Part shown: piece by piece, positions 60,301 through 64,000 of the stretch
How positions within the stretch are numbered: the stretch's first letter is position 1
Layout of the letters: every line of letters starts with the position of its first letter
Assembly (NCBI GenBank): GCA_964016885.1
Contig: OZ024740.1
Span: forward strand, 250,852,001-250,916,000
Length of the DNA stretch: 64,000 nt
Source: Eledone cirrhosa
Taxonomy: Eukaryota
Reading direction: 5' to 3'
Notes under the pieces: generated by a model
Seen by the model: the letters and a program-made list of their open reading frames with translations, nothing else
Database searches by the model: none
What the model was told of the DNA's origin: nothing
Made by a program: the position numbers and the translations under genes

Positions 60301-62182
60301 AGCGCGCAAGGCCTACAGAGACCGGATTAGCGAACTAATTGAGCGGGCGTTCATGGGGCCATCGTCAACAACAAGTGGTGGTTTGCTCTGAAAAGAACAA
60401 TTAGAATAGAGTCCATTAGGTTTAGTAAGGCTTTAGCAATAGAGAAAAATAGAGCAGAGGGAGAATTAGTTAGAAAATTAAACGAGGCGCTTAGCAAAGG
60501 CATCGCGACCGACGTGCTTGCGGCGAAATTGGCCCTTGACTAATTCTTCAATGCAAAGCACGAAGGCTGCGTTGTCAGAGCTAGGGTACGTGCTCTCAGA
60601 CACGAGGGGACGAAAGCCGTTCAATGGGCCCGAGTGGCGAAGGCGCGTCGTGGCAACAAAGCCACGATCCGGTCTTTGGTGGGTCACGGACACGGGTGGG
60701 TCCTTGATCAATTTAGATCAGTCGAAAGCTTTCGATAGGGTCGATCATCGTTACCTAGCGGCAGTCCTGAGGGCGGATGGCTTTGGGTCCGTCTTCAGAG
60801 GCTGGATCGCTGCCATGCCGTCCAACAGCGTCGTCGGGCGCTGGACGGACGGATCGGTTAAATTGCTAGGGGTCTGGATCGGTCCGGACCTCCAGACGGA
60901 CAAAAATTGGGACGAGGTGACGAGCAGGGTGGCTTCTCTCACCCAGAAATGGGCCGAGAGGAAGCTATCCCTGAAAGGTCGAGCGGAGGTGGCTAACGCG
61001 TACATCGCGTCCGTCATCTACTACCGCCTGACCGTCGTACCTTGTCCTAAGCCCCGCCTGACTGCGCTGGAGCGTTTGCTCTTTCGCTTTTTGTGGAAGG
61101 GACGCGCTCCGATGGTCAGGCGGACCATCTGCTGTCAACACCCGCTACGTCGAGGGCTGGACATGCCGTGGCTGATGATGCGCAGACACGCGCTCAGGCT
61201 ACCACATCTCCACCTCTTCCTCGACGGTGATCAGGTGTGGTCGCGGTTTGCTAGACACGTCTTCCCCCAGCTCATCTCTTTGACGGAACTACAGTCCTGG
61301 GTCAAGCGAAGACCGAGAGGGAGCGCTTGGAGACTGGAATGTCTTCAGGCGCTCACAGCCCTCGACCAATCGGGCAATGTGATCGGCGGAAACTCTACCT
61401 TGGCGTTCTATAGAGGATTAGTGGAGGGGAAGAGCAACGAAAATCAACTAGTCAATCTCTTCGGAAGAACTTTCGGGCCGGGGCCTATGGACAACTTCCA
61501 GAAATCCCTGGCCTGGCAGTGCTACCGGGGTTCTTTGCCAGTTCGGGATAAACTCTACAGGCATGGTGGTGCCGTTAGCCAGGCATATCCTAGATGCGCA
61601 CAGGGCGACGAAACCGTCCTGCACGCACTCGTCCAGTGTCCGAGCATTGCTGACTTGTGGCTTTATGTCGAACACCTGCTGTCACGTATAGGACGGATCC
61701 AGCTATCAGCTGAGTCCATCGTGAGGATTGCCCCGCCCTCTTCCTTTAGCCGGGAAGGGCAGGCAGTTTTTTTATCTGTCTGGTGGCTATAGCGAAAGAG
61801 ATAGTATGGTGGACATGTTTGAAAGGGCTGAAGACGAGCAGTTACCTCTTCGGTGATGCCCTGATTAACTTTTTCAAATTTCATTTGAAAAGGAAAATCA
61901 GGGTAGAGAGGGAAGTGCTCTCTACCCAGCATTTTGTTGAAAGATGTGTGAGAGAAGCAAGTATGGCCGAAGTGAATGGGCCTAAACTGAGTATGTGTCT
62001 GTAAATTAAAGGTGGAAAACTGGGAGAGGGCATTTGCCCTGGTGGTCATGGTCACTGTGGCCTTTTAATGGGTTTTCTCCACAAATGTCTTTCGGATGTT
62101 TCCCCCCTATTGGGGAATTTTTCATTGTTATTTTTTATTACATTCTCTGATTTTTTTACACGCAGAAATGCCCATTTGTACC
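57357..62182 (+). mobile_element. Tx1 copy G: 5' end present, internal deletions, SINE inserted, 3' UTR cut short
   Basis: Starts GGC after (TTA)n; ORF1 with knuckle RRPRCVVCGERTHLRAFCP; APE; deleted RT. Confidence 0.9.
59187..59362 (+). mobile_element. tRNA-derived SINE inserted in Tx1 ORF1
   Basis: Interrupts the sequence equivalent to position ~448 of copy A; TTGAA duplicated on both sides. Confidence 0.9.
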
Positions 62183-64000
62183 GGTTCTGAGGGCGGCTGG
62201 CTTTGGGTCCGTCTTCAGAGGCTGGATCGCTGCCATGCACAGCGACATCTGCTCTGTGGTGAGAGTGAACGGTCACCTTTCGGAACCGTTCAACTTCATG
62301 CGCTCGGTCCGCTAAGGATGTCCCCTCTCGTCCCTCTTGTACGTATTGACTCTCGAGCCATTACTGCACAAACTGGAGACGTTGTGTGGGCTCCCGCACG
62401 AACTAGGATGCGGAAGATCCGTGTCAGCATATGCGGACGATGTCACCGTAGTGGTGTCGAACGCCAAACTCATCGAGGCGATCGGCACTACACTAAGAGA
62501 AAACGAAGCGGTGACAGGAGCAATGATCAACCAGGAAAAGTGAGTGGGACTGCAGCTCGGCACCTGGAGAGGCAGGTCCATACCGTCCAAAGCGTCGTCG
62601 GACGCTGGACGGACGGACCGGTTAAATTGCTAGGGGTCTGGTTCGGTCCGGACCTCCAGACGGACAAAAACTGGGACGAGGTGACGAGCAGGGTGGCTTC
62701 TCTCACCCAGAAATGGGCGGAGAGGAAGCTATCCCTGAAAGGTCGCGCGGAGGTGGCTAACGCGTACATCGCGTCCGTCATCTACTACCGCCTGACCGTC
62801 GTACCTTGTCCTAAGCCCCGCCTGACTGCGCTGGAGCGTTTGCTCTTTCGCTTTTTGTGGAAGGGACGCGCTCCGATGGTCAGGCGGACCATCTGCTGTC
62901 AACACCCGCTACGTCGAGGGCTGGACATGCCGTGGCTGATGATGCGCAGACACGCGCTCAGGCTACCACATCTCCACCTCTTCCTCGACGGTGATCAGGT
63001 GTGGTCGCCGTTTGCTAGACACGTATTTCCCCAGCTCGTTTCCTTGACGGAGCTGCAGTCCTAGGGCAAGCGAAGATCGAGAGGGAGCGCCTGGAGACTG
63101 GAATGTCTTCAGGCGCTCACAGCCCTAGACTAATCGGGCAATGTGATCGGTGGAAACTCCACCTCGGCGTTCTATAGAGGATTAGTGGAGGGGAAGAGCG
63201 ACGACGTACTTGGGGAAACTCTAGGCGTCGAAGAAAATCAACTAGCCAATCTCTTCGGAAGAACTTTCGGGCCGGGGCCTATGGACAACTTCCAGAAATC
63301 TCTGGCCTGGCAGTGCTACCGAGGAGCCTTGCCAGTTCGGGATAAACTCTACAGACATGGAGGTGCCGTCAGCCGGGCATGTCCGAGATGCGCGCAGGGC
63401 GACGAAACCGTCCTGAAAGCACTCGTCCAGTTTCCGAAAATTGCTGACTTGTGGGTTTATGTCGAACACCTGCTGTCGCGTGTAGGACGTATCCGGCTAT
63501 CAGCTGAGTCCATCGTGAGGATTTCCCCGCCCTCTTCCTTTAGCCGGGAAGGGCAGGCAGTTTTATCTGTCTGGTGGCCATGGCGAAAGAGATAGTATGG
63601 TGGACACGTTTGAAAGGGCTGAAGACGAGCACTTACCTCTTCGGTGATGCCCTGATTGACTTTTTCAAATTTCATTTGAAAAGGAAAATCAGAGTAGAGG
63701 GGGAAGTGCTCTCTTCCCAGCATTTGTTGAAAGATGTGTGAGAGAAGCAAGAATGGCCCGAGTGAATGGGCCTACTCTGAGTATGTATCTGTAAATTAAA
63801 GGTGGAAAACTGGGAGAATGGCACTTGCCGTTGTGGTCAGAGTCACTGTGGCCTTTTACTGGGCTTTCTCCACAAATGTTCCTCCGAAGTCTCTCCCCTA
63901 TTGTGGAATTTTTCAATGTTATTTTTTTCTTACATCCTCTGTTTTTGTTTTTTACACGCAGAAATGCCCATTTGTACCGTCCTGTATTGTCCTGCACTGT
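62183..64000 (+). mobile_element. Tx1 copy H (3' half), head-to-tail with copy G
   Basis: Collinear with 2545-4335 of copy A; YADD, zinc finger and 3' UTR present. Confidence 0.92.

Noticed and set aside
1-64000. Host gene exons or prokaryotic RT systems (retron, DGR, group II intron)
   Set aside because: Every RT here is linked to APE, RLE or GIY-YIG domains, or to LINE-type flanking motifs, of eukaryotic retroelements. No non-TE protein motif was recognised, though small exons cannot be excluded by eye.

Overview
Eukaryotic, AT-rich, microsatellite-rich DNA made almost entirely of retroelements. I found no host protein-coding gene. The repeated SINE resembles those I recall from coleoid cephalopods (octopus-like), so that host assignment is an inference. 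The window has two compartments. (1) About 1-32.5 kb and 53.8-64 kb hold a polarised array of seven Tx1/L1-clade LINE copies plus one small fragment, all on the + strand, and five R4/Dong-type RLE LINE copies, all on the - strand. They repeatedly meet tail-to-tail at (TTA)n microsatellites, and intact Tx1 5' ends also abut (TTA)n, suggesting two retrotransposon clades share one microsatellite target in opposite orientations. (2) About 17-18.5 kb and 35.6-53.5 kb hold Penelope-like elements (RT + GIY-YIG) and their remnants. These include long inverted repeats and 11 type I hammerhead-like motifs read by eye, one with an apparent compensatory U3-A8 core, and they are mostly bounded by (TA)n. 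Also present: RTE, Ingi/Vingi-like and CRE-like LINE fragments, a hAT MITE with an 8-bp TSD, a candidate solo LTR and a tRNA-like cassette. All coordinates and alignments were read by eye; element boundaries are approximate unless a junction sequence is quoted.
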